A stretch of 64,000 nt of DNA from Dehalococcoidia bacterium (GTDB lineage: Bacteria; Chloroflexota; Dehalococcoidia; Lucifugimonadales; Australimonadaceae), in contig DAOUKL010000055.1 in the NCBI GenBank assembly GCA_034421335.1, positions 4,870 to 68,869 on the forward strand, read 5' to 3'. Shown one piece after another: positions 32,759-42,710 of this stretch; position 1 is the stretch's first letter; the number at the start of each line of letters is the position of its first letter. A program made the position numbers and the translations under genes. The notes under the pieces are model-generated. The model had not been told where the DNA came from. It made no database searches and was given only the letters and a program-made list of their open reading frames with translations.

Positions 32759-35188
32759 CTACTCCATCACGCGCAGGGTGGCGGGGACGTTCATGCGGCG
32801 GAGTTTGCGGACGGTGAGGACGGGCGCAATGCCTATGACGACGACCGCCGCCGCCATGGTGAGCGCGACGCTCAGGGCGTCGAACGCCGGGGGCACCCAC
32901 AGGTCGGGGTACGACCTCGGCAGCAGCACGCGCAGCACCCACAGCGTCATCCCGTAGCCGCCCGCCGCTCCGAGGACCGCCGCGAGCACTCCGAGGATGA
33001 GGCCCTCGGCGACCATAACGCCCAACACCCCGCGCACGCGGACGCCGAACGCGAACATCGTGGCGTGGTCGCGGGCGCGCTCCTCGGAGTTGATGTTGGC
33101 GGTGTTGAACGCCATCAGCAGCGCAAGCCCGAGCACGAACGCCTGCATCACGAGAAAGACGCCGGCGAACTGCTCGATCGACTCGCGCGTGGCCTGGCTC
33201 GCCTCCGCCACGCCGCGCACGGCCCCCACGCTCGGCGCGGGGAACAGCGCCCGCTTGATGGACGACAGCGTCTGCCCGTCCGCGGGAGCGCCGGAGAGCA
33301 CGTTCGCGTAGCCGTCGAGGCCGGCGAGTCCCGCGTGGCGGACGTCGGCGTAGGCGAACAGGCGCAGCGTGTGTGGGTGGACCGCCAGCACCTCCGCCTC
33401 GCTCGACTCGAACGTGAACGCGCCGGACCCGGTGCGCACCGGCAGCCGGAGCGTCACGCGATCGCCGGGGCCGACGCCGAGGTCCTGGGCGGCCTTGCGG
33501 GCCAGTACGACGCCGGGCCTGTCGACGGTCAACGCGCCCTCGACGGCGGTGGGCCGCCAGAGCGGGCTCTCGAAGTCGACGAACTGCAACTGAACGGGAA
33601 CGGATGCGCCGCCCTTCTCCGCCGTTCCGTAGAGGCGCACTTCGGGTTCGGCGACGCGCAGGAGGCCGCTTGCGGCGAGGCCGGCGACCTCCGGGGCGTC
33701 GACAGGGTAGAAGTCGTCGAGTTCGACGACGAGGCGGTCGGGCGCGTCGCCGAGCAGTTCGGTCTCGCCACGCTCCACGGTGGACACGAACGAGTCGATC
33801 ATCACCACGAGGTTGAACAGCACCGCGAGCACCGCAGTGAGGCCGAGCAGTGTAAGGAGCATTCGCCGCGGCGCGCGCAGCAGATTGCGGAGCGGCATGC
33901 GGGCGATCGCGCTACCGGGCAGGGGCAATCTTCCCAGGAGTGGGGCGAACCCTCCGCCCCGCGCCGCCAGGTGTCCGGTGCGAATGGCCTCTACAGGGGC
34001 GACGCGCACGGCCCGGTACACCGGCCAGAGGACGGCGGCGACGGGCACGATGAGCCCGATGATCGCCGCTCTCGCAAAGATGCCCGCCTGGAACGGCGTC
34101 TCGAACACCGGAAGGGGCACGAACTGTTCGAGCACGGCGCCCATCGCGGCCCCCACCAGCAGCCCGACCCCAATGCCGAACACGACGCCGAGCACGGCTA
34201 CCTGCGCTCCGAACAGCAGCGGACGGATGACGATGGCGAGGGGCCGGACGCCGAGCGCCATCTGCACGCCGATCTCGCGCCGCTGCGCCTCCGCCATCCG
34301 GGCGGCGAGGTTGAGCGCGGCGAACGCCGCGCCGGCGAATATCGCCAGCGCGAACAGGTTGTAGAACTGCTGGTCGCCTTCGGGGTCCTGGGTGAGCGCA
34401 CGGTATGACGGGTCGTCCTCCCTGCGCGTGAGGTTGAGGCCGACGCCGGCATGGCGGGCCTCGACCGCCGATACGAGCGCGTCCTCGACGGCGGCCAGGT
34501 CGGCGCCGGGCTCGACCGTCAGCACGAGGTCGTTCACCAGCCCGGGCTTGCCGGTTATCTCCTGCGCCGTCGCGAGGGACGTGAACACGACGGCGAGGTT
34601 CGCCTGGGCGATGAAGCTGCCCTCCTCGACGACCAGGTAATACTCCGGCGACACGGCATGGCCCACGTAACGGGCCGCCGTCCCCCCGCCGAGTGTCAGC
34701 TCGCCGCTGTCGGGCAGGCCGTAGAACACGGCAAAGTTGCGTTCGAGCATGACGGCCGGCTGGCCGATCTCGGACTCCTGGATGCCGCGTCCGGCGTAAG
34801 CAAGCACGCGGTCGACAGACGGGCCTCCGCCCGACATATCGACCCCGATGAGCCGCGCGGGAACGAAGACGGCCTCGCCGTCGGGGGATGGAACGTCGGC
34901 CTGGGTGGCGGCGATGAGGCGCTCGTCGGCGTCGGCGACGCCGTCGATGCCGCGCGCGATGTCGGCGAGGGCGCCCTGCGGCAGGAACCCGCCTCCCAGC
35001 CGCGCGCGGAGGTCGTGCATGTTGCCGAGAGCGAGGCTGGCGTCGTTGGAGTCGAGCCTCCACTGCGTGAGGCTGCTGAGTCCGGCGTAGAGGCCGGTCC
35101 CGATGGCGATCATCAGCGCGATGGCGACGACGGGGACCCAGTGCTTCCTGGCGTCCCGCAGCGCCCATCGCAACCGGAGTTTCAGCAT
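32759..35188 (-). CDS. FtsX/MacB-type ABC transporter permease with two FtsX domains
   Basis: Start moved to ATG 35188 (MLKLRLRWALRDARKHW...). 809 aa with two sets of TM helices separated by large extracytoplasmic regions. No ATPase gene adjacent. Confidence 0.85.
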   Translation of the reverse strand: MLKLRLRWALRDARKHWVPVVAIALMIAIGTGLYAGLSSLTQWRLDSNDASLALGNMHDLRARLGGGFLPQGALADIARGIDGVADADERLIAATQADVPSPDGEAVFVPARLIGVDMSGGGPSVDRVLAYAGRGIQESEIGQPAVMLERNFAVFYGLPDSGELTLGGGTAARYVGHAVSPEYYLVVEEGSFIAQANLAVVFTSLATAQEITGKPGLVNDLVLTVEPGADLAAVEDALVSAVEARHAGVGLNLTRREDDPSYRALTQDPEGDQQFYNLFALAIFAGAAFAALNLAARMAEAQRREIGVQMALGVRPLAIVIRPLLFGAQVAVLGVVFGIGVGLLVGAAMGAVLEQFVPLPVFETPFQAGIFARAAIIGLIVPVAAVLWPVYRAVRVAPVEAIRTGHLAARGGGFAPLLGRLPLPGSAIARMPLRNLLRAPRRMLLTLLGLTAVLAVLFNLVVMIDSFVSTVERGETELLGDAPDRLVVELDDFYPVDAPEVAGLAASGLLRVAEPEVRLYGTAEKGGASVPVQLQFVDFESPLWRPTAVEGALTVDRPGVVLARKAAQDLGVGPGDRVTLRLPVRTGSGAFTFESSEAEVLAVHPHTLRLFAYADVRHAGLAGLDGYANVLSGAPADGQTLSSIKRALFPAPSVGAVRGVAEASQATRESIEQFAGVFLVMQAFVLGLALLMAFNTANINSEERARDHATMFAFGVRVRGVLGVMVAEGLILGVLAAVLGAAGGYGMTLWVLRVLLPRSYPDLWVPPAFDALSVALTMAAAVVVIGIAPVLTVRKLRRMNVPATLRVME

Positions 35189-35396
35189 CGAGCGTTCCTT
35201 CCTCCGCGCTTCCGCCCGCAGGGACAACGGCGGGCGACAGCATAGCCGTTCCCCGTTCGCAAAGGGAGAGGGACGCTCCGCAGTTCGCAGAGCGAACGGG
35301 GCCGAGGGAACGGGGCCGTGGGTAGCGCAGCGGCGACCGCATTGTTAGGCTACCCCCCTGCGCCACCCCCGGCGGGAGCGCGGCAGCGAGCGGAGC

Positions 35397-37070
35397 ATGC
35401 AGCAACGCCTTCGAACGTTCAAAGGAGACCTGTTTGGGGGCGCCACCGCAGCGGTGGTGGGGCTTCCCGTGGCCCTGGGCTTCGGCGAAGCCTCGGGACT
35501 GGGGGCGCTGGCCGGGTTATACGGGGCCATCGCGGTGGGGTTCTTCGCGGCGGTGTTCGGGGGGACGCGTTCGCAGATCTCGGGCCCCACGGGGCCGATG
35601 GCGGTGGCGATGGCCGTGGTGGTCACGCTCCACGCCGACAACCTCGCCGCGGCCTTCACCATAGTCATCATGGCGGGGCTATTCCAGGTCCTGCTGGGAG
35701 TGGTGGGCATCGGCCGATTCATAGCGTTCACGCCGTACTCGGTTATCTCGGGTTTCATGTCGGGCATCGGGGTGATCGTCATCATCCTGCAGGTGCTGCC
35801 GTTCATGGGAGCGCCGGTTGCGACGGGCGGCGCGGTGGAGTCGATCAGGGGGTGGGTGGACGCGATCGGCAGTTTCGACACGGGCGCCTTCGCGATAGCC
35901 GCGGCGACGTTGGCCGTTGGTGTGTTTTGGCCTGGCCGCCTCCGCCGGATAGTCCCGGCCCCCCTCGTGGCCCTGGCGGCGGGGACAGCCATGGGGTTGC
36001 TGTGGTTTTCGGGGGCGCCGACCATAGGAGACGTGCCCACCGGCTTGCCGACCCCGCAGGCGCCGGACGTGTCCCTCGACATCCTGACGCGGGCGATCCA
36101 GCCCGCGTTGACGATCGCGCTGCTTGGTTCGATCGACAGCCTGCTGACGTCGCTCATCGCGGATACGATGACCAAGACGCAGCACGCCGCGAACCGGGAG
36201 TTGGTGGGACAGGGAATCGGCAACATGGCGGCGGGGTTCATCGGCGGGCTGCCCGGGGCCGGCGCCACCATGGGAACGGTCATCAACATCCGCGCGGGCG
36301 GCCGGACGCCGATCTCGGGCGTCATCCGCGCGGTCATACTGCTGGGGCTGGCGCTGGGGCTGGCGCAATACATAGAGGTCATTCCCCACGCGTGCTTGGC
36401 GGGCATTCTGATCAAGGTGGGATGGGACATCATCGACTGGCGCTTCATGACGCGCATTCTGCACGTGCAGCGGGAGCACCTGCTGGTGATGACCGTCACT
36501 TTCGGCCTGACGGTGTTCGTGGACCTGGTCACCGCCGTGGTGATTGGCCTGATTGCGGCGGGAATGGCGACGGCGCAACAGTTCGAGCGTCTCCAGTTGG
36601 ATAGCGTGGTCTCCGTACCGCTGCTGGACAAGGTGTTCCTGTTCCCCGGCGCCACGGCGCAGCAGGCGGACGACTACTCGGCCCAGGCCGGCATGGTCGC
36701 GCTGCGGGGGGCGTTCACCGTGGCTTCTTCGAGCAAGCTCATCACGACCATCACCCAGGACATCAGGGAGCACGACGTGGTGATCTTCGACTTCACCCCC
36801 ACGACCTACATGGACGACAGCGCCGCGCTGGTGATCGAGCAACTCATCGACAACGCGCTGGCGGAAGACACCGACTGCGTCGTCATGGGTCTGTCGGGCC
36901 AACCCGCCGCCACGCTGCGCGCTCTGAACGCGCTTCGGCACATTCCTGAGGACCAGATCGCCAACGACATGGACGGGGCGCGCGCAATCGTCCTGCGGCT
37001 GCTGGGGCTGGAGACGGCGGCGCAGGGCGGGGACGGTCCCAGCCCGGCGGGGGCGCCGACGACAGGCTGA
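35397..37070 (+). CDS. SulP-family anion transporter with C-terminal STAS domain
   Basis: 557 aa. DLFGGATAAVVGLPVALGFG N-terminus typical of SulP, and a C-terminal STAS-like segment. Confidence 0.9.
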   Translation: MQQRLRTFKGDLFGGATAAVVGLPVALGFGEASGLGALAGLYGAIAVGFFAAVFGGTRSQISGPTGPMAVAMAVVVTLHADNLAAAFTIVIMAGLFQVLLGVVGIGRFIAFTPYSVISGFMSGIGVIVIILQVLPFMGAPVATGGAVESIRGWVDAIGSFDTGAFAIAAATLAVGVFWPGRLRRIVPAPLVALAAGTAMGLLWFSGAPTIGDVPTGLPTPQAPDVSLDILTRAIQPALTIALLGSIDSLLTSLIADTMTKTQHAANRELVGQGIGNMAAGFIGGLPGAGATMGTVINIRAGGRTPISGVIRAVILLGLALGLAQYIEVIPHACLAGILIKVGWDIIDWRFMTRILHVQREHLLVMTVTFGLTVFVDLVTAVVIGLIAAGMATAQQFERLQLDSVVSVPLLDKVFLFPGATAQQADDYSAQAGMVALRGAFTVASSSKLITTITQDIREHDVVIFDFTPTTYMDDSAALVIEQLIDNALAEDTDCVVMGLSGQPAATLRALNALRHIPEDQIANDMDGARAIVLRLLGLETAAQGGDGPSPAGAPTTG

Positions 37071-37085
37071 CGCAGGGAGGACGCG

Positions 37086-37583
37086 ATGAGCGCAATCGAT
37101 GACGTGCTGCAACGGAACGCCGTCTACGCCGAGAGTTTCCGGGGCGCCGCCGCGCCGGCGCCCCCGGCGATAGGCCTGGCCGTGGTGGCCTGCATGGACG
37201 CCCGGCTCAACGTGCATGCCCTGCTGGGGATCGCCGTGGGGGACGCGCACGTCATCCGCAACGCCGGGGGAGTGGTGACCGACGACGCCATTCGCTCCCT
37301 GGCCATCTCCCAACGCCTGCTGGGAACCAGGGAGATCATGCTCATCCACCATACGGACTGCGGCATGATGACCTTCCGCGACGACGACCTGAAGGACGCC
37401 ATCGAGGCGGAGACCGGCCTGCGCCCCGCGTTCGCCATGGAAGCCTTCCACGACCTGGAGGGCGACGTGCGCCAGTCCATCGCCCGCATCCAGGCCAGCC
37501 CCTTCATTCCTCACAAGGACCAGGTGCGGGGCTTCATCTACGATTGCGCCTCCGGCAGCCTGCGGGAGGCGCTTGCGTCCTAG
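37086..37583 (+). CDS. Beta-class carbonic anhydrase
   Basis: 165 aa. CMDARL and HTDCGM zinc-ligand motifs. 15 nt downstream of the SulP gene, preceded by GGGAGGA. Confidence 0.9.
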   Translation: MSAIDDVLQRNAVYAESFRGAAAPAPPAIGLAVVACMDARLNVHALLGIAVGDAHVIRNAGGVVTDDAIRSLAISQRLLGTREIMLIHHTDCGMMTFRDDDLKDAIEAETGLRPAFAMEAFHDLEGDVRQSIARIQASPFIPHKDQVRGFIYDCASGSLREALAS

Positions 37584-37609
37584 GCAAAGCGCGGCCCCTC
37601 ACGCCTCCT

Positions 37610-37732
37610 GGGGACCTTTGCGTAACTGCCCAACGCCCGGAAACGGCCCCTGGTTCGACAGGCTCACCACGAACCAAGGGGATGGATTCCCGCCTTCGCG
37701 GGAATGACGGGAGGGGTTATGCAAGGGTCTCC
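37610..37732. repeat. Full-length MITE-like element with terminal inverted repeats (TIR-L, module A, module P, TIR-R)
   Basis: ggggacctttgcgtaac (37610-37626) ... tggttcgacaggctcaccacgaac ... ggattcccgccttcgcgggaatgacgg ... gttatgcaagggtctcc (37716-37732). The ends match 14/17 as inverted repeats. Confidence 0.75.
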
Positions 37733-37831
37733 TCTTGTGGAAGGGAATTATTGCCGCGCATAGCGGGCTGCGGTAAGGTTCGTCGCGACGGCGGGAAAGG
37801 ACTACGCATCGCCGCTGCAGGGGGTGGACGG

Positions 37832-38863
37832 ATGGCCATTATCGACGCCGACGCTCATGTTGTTGAGTCGGAACGCACGTGGGATTTCATACCCGACGAA
37901 CTCCAGCACCTCCGCCCCATCGTGTTGCTGCCGAAAGAGGGCTACAAGTCGCCCGCGCCCGAGTTCTGGTACATCGACAGCCGCGCCTTCAGCAAGGGCG
38001 TGAACGTCGGCCTCGACACCGACGAGGCGACCCGCGAGGCGCGTGACATCGAGAAGCGGCTCGCGCACATGGACGAGCTCGGCGTGAGCACCCACGTGCT
38101 CTACCCCAGCATCTTCCTCCGCCCGGTGGCGACGCACCCGGAGGTCGACCTTGCGCTCGCGCAGGGCTACAACCGGTGGCTGGCCGACATCCACGAGCAG
38201 GGCGGCGGACGCCTGCGGTGGGCCGTCGTGCTGCCGACGATGTCGCTCGACAAGTGCATCGAGGAGTTGAACTTCGGGAAGGAGCACGGGGCGTGCGCGG
38301 TGTTCATGCGCGGCATCGAAGGCCCTCACCGCCTGAGCGACCCGTACCTCGACCCGGTGTGGGCGGAGGCGCAGCGGCTCGACCTGCCGGTGTGCATCCA
38401 CGCCGCCACGGGCAACTTCGCCTTCTTCGACTACTTCGGACGCGACGCCGGTTTCTCGACGTTCAAGTTGTCGGGCGTCGGCGCATTCCACGACATCATC
38501 ATGAAGAACATGCACCTGCGGTTCCCCGACCTGCGCTGGGGGTTCGTCGAACTGAGCGCGTCGTGGGTGCCGTACGCGATGAATGACCTGTCGCTACGCT
38601 TCCAGAAGCAGGGGCGTGCGTGGCCGGGCCGGGAACTGCTGGCGGAGCGGAACATCTGGGTGGCCGTGCAGACGGCGGACGACATCGACTACATCATCGA
38701 CTGCGCCGGCGAGGACCACCTGATGCTCGGCACCGACTACGGGCATAACGACACCTCGACGGAGCTGCACGCGCTCCGGAACCTGCGGGAGAACGGCGGG
38801 CTCGGCGACGCCGTCTGCGACAAGATCCTCGACCACAATCCCACGCGGCTCTACGCGCTGTAG
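37832..38863 (+). CDS. Amidohydrolase-2-family metal-dependent hydrolase
   Basis: Start moved to ATG 37832 (MAIIDADAHVVE...), typical of the amidohydrolase_2 N-terminus. The track ORF start lies in repeats. Confidence 0.85.
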   Translation: MAIIDADAHVVESERTWDFIPDELQHLRPIVLLPKEGYKSPAPEFWYIDSRAFSKGVNVGLDTDEATREARDIEKRLAHMDELGVSTHVLYPSIFLRPVATHPEVDLALAQGYNRWLADIHEQGGGRLRWAVVLPTMSLDKCIEELNFGKEHGACAVFMRGIEGPHRLSDPYLDPVWAEAQRLDLPVCIHAATGNFAFFDYFGRDAGFSTFKLSGVGAFHDIIMKNMHLRFPDLRWGFVELSASWVPYAMNDLSLRFQKQGRAWPGRELLAERNIWVAVQTADDIDYIIDCAGEDHLMLGTDYGHNDTSTELHALRNLRENGGLGDAVCDKILDHNPTRLYAL

Positions 38864-38903
38864 CGGCGCAGAACGACACAAGGACGCACCGGGAGGAATC
38901 AAG

Positions 38904-39914
38904 ATGAGAGTGCTGAGTTCCATCATGCGAGGGAACGCGCGGCGGGGGTTCGCGGCGCTGCTGGCGGCGAGCCTCGTCGTAACGGCGTTCGCCGCGGCCT
39001 GCGGCTCCGACGAGCCGGATTTCCCGACGCGCGACGTCGAGTGGTTCGTCGGGTTCGCGGCGGGCGGCGGGTTCGACACGGCGAGCCGCCTGATCGCCGA
39101 CAAGATGAGCGACGAGCTCGGCGTGAACGTCGTGGTGCGGAACATCGAGGGCGGCGGCGGCCGACGCGCCGTGCAGGAGATCGCTCGCTCCGACCCGGAC
39201 GGCCACGCCATCTCGATTATGAACATGCCGAACCAGATAACGGCGGAACGCCTCGACCCGGAGGACGTCAATTTCAACGAGTTGGCGTGGGTGGGCCGCG
39301 CGGTCATTCAGACCTATGGCCTCTACACCGCCTCGGCCAACGACTTCAACACGCCTGAGGACCTGCAGGGGATGCCCGACGTCCGGTTCTGCCTGAGCGG
39401 TCTCGCGGGCCACTCCTTCCTCGTGGCCTCGGTCACCACGGAAGTGATGGACATCGCCTGGAACCCGGTGACAGGCTACCGCGGACAGGAGACGCAGGCC
39501 GGGCTGCTGCGCGGCGACTGCGAACTTGCGCTCGGGCCAATCGCCGGCACGACGCTGAGCGCCGTGCAGGGGCCGGACTTCAAGGTGCTGTGGATGTACT
39601 CGAGCGAGCGCTTCGGTCCCGTGCCCGACGCTCCCACCGTGGACGAGCTGGGCTACCCGGAGCTTGGCGGCTCCAAGTTCGCCAACAACGGACTGGTGGC
39701 CGCGGCGCCGGGCACTCCTGACAGCGCCATTGAGACGCTGTCGGAGGCGTTCGCCAACGCGCTGGCCGACCCTGCGGTGATCGAGGGCATCAACAACGCC
39801 GGCATGGACATCGTTCCGCTGACGCCCGCCGAGACGGCCGATGCCGTCGCCGGCATGGACGGCATCGTCTCGGAGTACATCGACACGGTGAGGGCGAAGT
39901 CCCAGGCCCAGTAG
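38904..39914 (+). CDS. tctC: Tripartite tricarboxylate transporter substrate-binding protein
   Basis: 336 aa. Signal/lipobox-like AFAAACGS and a Bug/TctC-like pattern. Followed by tctA/tctB-like genes. Confidence 0.85.
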   Translation: MRVLSSIMRGNARRGFAALLAASLVVTAFAAACGSDEPDFPTRDVEWFVGFAAGGGFDTASRLIADKMSDELGVNVVVRNIEGGGGRRAVQEIARSDPDGHAISIMNMPNQITAERLDPEDVNFNELAWVGRAVIQTYGLYTASANDFNTPEDLQGMPDVRFCLSGLAGHSFLVASVTTEVMDIAWNPVTGYRGQETQAGLLRGDCELALGPIAGTTLSAVQGPDFKVLWMYSSERFGPVPDAPTVDELGYPELGGSKFANNGLVAAAPGTPDSAIETLSEAFANALADPAVIEGINNAGMDIVPLTPAETADAVAGMDGIVSEYIDTVRAKSQAQ

Positions 39915-39938
39915 CGGGCTTCCGGACGGCGACCAGCG

Positions 39939-41459
39939 ATGTTCGAAGCGTTTCTGGAAGGTCTCGCCGGGCTGGGCAGCCCGGCGGTGATCGGGGCTAT
40001 CATCCTGGGCACGACGCTGGGCGTCGTGTTCGGGGTGATCCCCGGTCTCGGCAGCGTCATCGCCATGACGCTCATCCTGCCGTTCACCTTCGGATGGGAC
40101 CCGATTATCGCGATGTACGTGTTCGCCGGCATCATCGGAACGGCGAGCACGGGCGGCGCGGTGCCCGCCATCCTGCTCAACACGCCGGGCACCATCGCCA
40201 ACGTCTGCACGACGTTCGACGGATTCCCGATGACGCGGCGGGGCGAGGGCGGACGAGCGATAGGGATCGCGGCGACGGCGTCGGGGCTGGGCACGCTCTT
40301 CAGCATCATCGTGCTCGCGGCGCTCCTGCCGCTCGCCGAGGTGATGCTCCGCGCGTTCACTCCGCCCGACTTCTTCTGGCTCATCATCCTCGGCCTCATC
40401 GCGGTGACGTTCGCGTCGCGGCAGAACATGGCGAAGGGGCTGGCCGCCGGAGGGGTGGGCATCCTCATCGCGCTCATCGGCTTCAGCCCGGTGTTCGGCG
40501 TCCGGCGCTACACGCTGGGGAGCGAGTACCTGTGGGACGGCATTGAGATCGTGCCGCTGGTGATCGGGTTCTTCGCGCTGAGCGAGCTGATCGTCTACAC
40601 GTCGCGGGGCGGGACGATCGCGCGGGACGCGTCGATCTCGCTCGGCGGGATGCGTCAGATACTCGGCGGCGCGCTCGAGGTGTTCCGGTACAAGGCCATC
40701 CTCCTGCGCGGCTCGGTCATCGGCACGGTCATTGGCGCGATCCCCGGCGCCGGCGGCGCGGTGGCGAACTTCCTCTCGTACTCGACGGCCAAGCAGGCCT
40801 CCAAGACGCCTGAGCTCTTCGGCACGGGCTACGCCGGAGGAGTCGTCGCCTCGGAGTCGTCGAACGACGCGAAGGACGGCGGCATCCTGCTGCCCACGCT
40901 GACGTTCGGGATACCGGGCAACGGCGAGATGGTGATCCTGATGGGCGCGTTCGTGCTGCACGGCATCCAGCCGGGGCGCGACCTGCTGGTGAACCGGCTG
41001 GATATCGTATGGGCAATCATCCTGGGCGTCATCGCCGCGCAGGTGCTCACGACCATCGTCATCCTGGGCGGAGGCGCGTGGCTCGCGCGCATCAGCCTGG
41101 TGCCGGTGAAGTACATCGCGCCGTTCGTCGCCGTGCTGTCGTTCATCGGCGTGTACGCGGTGCGCAGCAACATCTGGGACGTCGCGCTGGCCGTGTTCGC
41201 CGCGATGGTGGGCTTCGCCATGCGTCGCGCAGGCTTCCCGCTGATAACGGCGGTGATCGGGTTCGTGCTCGGGCAGCTCGCGGAGGAGAAGTTCACGCAG
41301 TCGCTGCAGATCTCGGGCGGCGGCTACTCCATCTTCTTCACCCGGCCTGTGTCCATCGTGCTGCTGTTGGGCATCGTGTTCATGCTGGGATGGTCGATGT
41401 ACAAGGCGGCGAAGAAGGGGCCGGCGGCCGCGCCGTCCGGCGCAGGGAGCGCGTCGTGA
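39939..41459 (+). CDS. tctA: Tripartite tricarboxylate transporter large permease
   Basis: 506 aa, highly hydrophobic, TctA-like N-terminus (...GLGSPAVIGAIILGTTLGVVFGVIPGLG). Confidence 0.9.
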   Translation: MFEAFLEGLAGLGSPAVIGAIILGTTLGVVFGVIPGLGSVIAMTLILPFTFGWDPIIAMYVFAGIIGTASTGGAVPAILLNTPGTIANVCTTFDGFPMTRRGEGGRAIGIAATASGLGTLFSIIVLAALLPLAEVMLRAFTPPDFFWLIILGLIAVTFASRQNMAKGLAAGGVGILIALIGFSPVFGVRRYTLGSEYLWDGIEIVPLVIGFFALSELIVYTSRGGTIARDASISLGGMRQILGGALEVFRYKAILLRGSVIGTVIGAIPGAGGAVANFLSYSTAKQASKTPELFGTGYAGGVVASESSNDAKDGGILLPTLTFGIPGNGEMVILMGAFVLHGIQPGRDLLVNRLDIVWAIILGVIAAQVLTTIVILGGGAWLARISLVPVKYIAPFVAVLSFIGVYAVRSNIWDVALAVFAAMVGFAMRRAGFPLITAVIGFVLGQLAEEKFTQSLQISGGGYSIFFTRPVSIVLLLGIVFMLGWSMYKAAKKGPAAAPSGAGSAS

Positions 41460-42007
41460 GCGCCGTCAACCGCTTCAACCTCGGCGTCTACGCCTTCCTG
41501 CTCACGATTGCGTTGAGCATCGTGCTCGGCGCGGCGGCCTACGAGGGGAAGCAGCAACTCACCGCGTACGTCATCGGCCTCCCCACCATCGTGCTCCTCG
41601 TCTTTCTCGTGCTTGCGGAGGCGACGCCGTCACTCGTGAAGCTGACGCGCTCGTTCGGGGTGTCGGAGGACGACAAGCCGGACGTGTCGGAGGGCACGGA
41701 GAGCGGGGCCGGCCAGATGGAGGCGGGCTCGTGGCGGCGCGTGGGGATCGTCTACGGATGGCTGGTGCTGTACTTCGGCATGACGTTCGTGGTCGGCTTC
41801 TACGTTGCGATCCCGGTGTTCATGACGCTGTTCCTGACGTTCGAGTCGCGGCTGAAGCCGCTTTACGCGGTGGGGGTCACGGTGGCGGCGGGGCTCCCGC
41901 TGTACGTGGTGTTCCGGATCGTGCTAGACATCCCCCTGTGGCCGGGGATGCTGCCGCGCATCATTCCGAGCATCCTTGGCGGCGGCATCGTGCCGCAACT
42001 GAACTGA
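41456..42007 (+). CDS. tctB: Tripartite tricarboxylate transporter small permease
   Basis: GTG 41456 overlaps the tctA stop (GTGA). 183 aa with four hydrophobic helices. The track ORF start at 41009 is an out-of-context extension. Confidence 0.65.
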   Translation: MSAVNRFNLGVYAFLLTIALSIVLGAAAYEGKQQLTAYVIGLPTIVLLVFLVLAEATPSLVKLTRSFGVSEDDKPDVSEGTESGAGQMEAGSWRRVGIVYGWLVLYFGMTFVVGFYVAIPVFMTLFLTFESRLKPLYAVGVTVAAGLPLYVVFRIVLDIPLWPGMLPRIIPSILGGGIVPQLN

Positions 42008-42104
42008 AGCGCTCCCTCCCCACAAGAACGCGTGATTAGAAGATGCTCAGAAGCGAGGCCCTCCCGCTTCTGGCCCGCTCCGTGCTGCGCCATGCGGGCG
42101 CGGG

Positions 42105-42653
42105 TCAGCTCAGGTACCGGCTGACCACCTCGTCGAGCGGGAGCACCTCGCTGTGGAGGACGTTGCGCACGATGCGGAGCGCGTATTCCTTGACCTCCGG
42201 CGGCTCGGCCTGGCGATGCACCATGGTGCAGTCCTCGACGACGGCGACCTTGTAGCGCAGCTGGAAGGCGTCGGCGGAGGTCCACAGCACGGTGTTGTCG
42301 GTGGAGGCGCCGGCGATGATGACCATGTCGCGCTTCATCGTGCGCAGCACGTAGTCGAGGTCGTTGAACGAGAAGCCGCTGAGGTAGCGCTTGTAGACGA
42401 GGGTGTCGCGGTCGACGGGCTGGAGTTCGGGGATGACATCCAGGGCGTCGGTCTTTTCCTTCATCGATACGCGGCTCCAGTCGCCGAGGTCGTCGCTCTC
42501 GCGCCGCATTGAGTTGACGTGGATGACGGGAACGTCGGCGGCGTAGGCGGCGTCCTTCAGGCGGCGCACGTTGGCCACCATCTCGTACCCGTACGACCCG
42601 GGCTTCCAGCCGTATCCGTTCGCCATATCGAGGATGATCACTGCGGGGTTCAT
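42105..42653 (-). CDS. Isochorismatase-family cysteine hydrolase
   Basis: 182 aa. VIILDMANGY N-terminus and GASTDNTVLWT pattern. Confidence 0.8.
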   Translation of the reverse strand: MNPAVIILDMANGYGWKPGSYGYEMVANVRRLKDAAYAADVPVIHVNSMRRESDDLGDWSRVSMKEKTDALDVIPELQPVDRDTLVYKRYLSGFSFNDLDYVLRTMKRDMVIIAGASTDNTVLWTSADAFQLRYKVAVVEDCTMVHRQAEPPEVKEYALRIVRNVLHSEVLPLDEVVSRYLS

Positions 42654-42710
42654 AGGAGTTCTCCTTGGTGGTGACTGAGGTGCGGCGAGGCGAGGCTTCC
42701 CGTCCTCCTC

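Noticed and set aside
42008-42104. Terminator between convergent tctB and isochorismatase genes (gaagcg-N9-cgcttc)
   Set aside because: The stem is only 6 bp with a 9-nt loop, and no T-tract follows on either strand.
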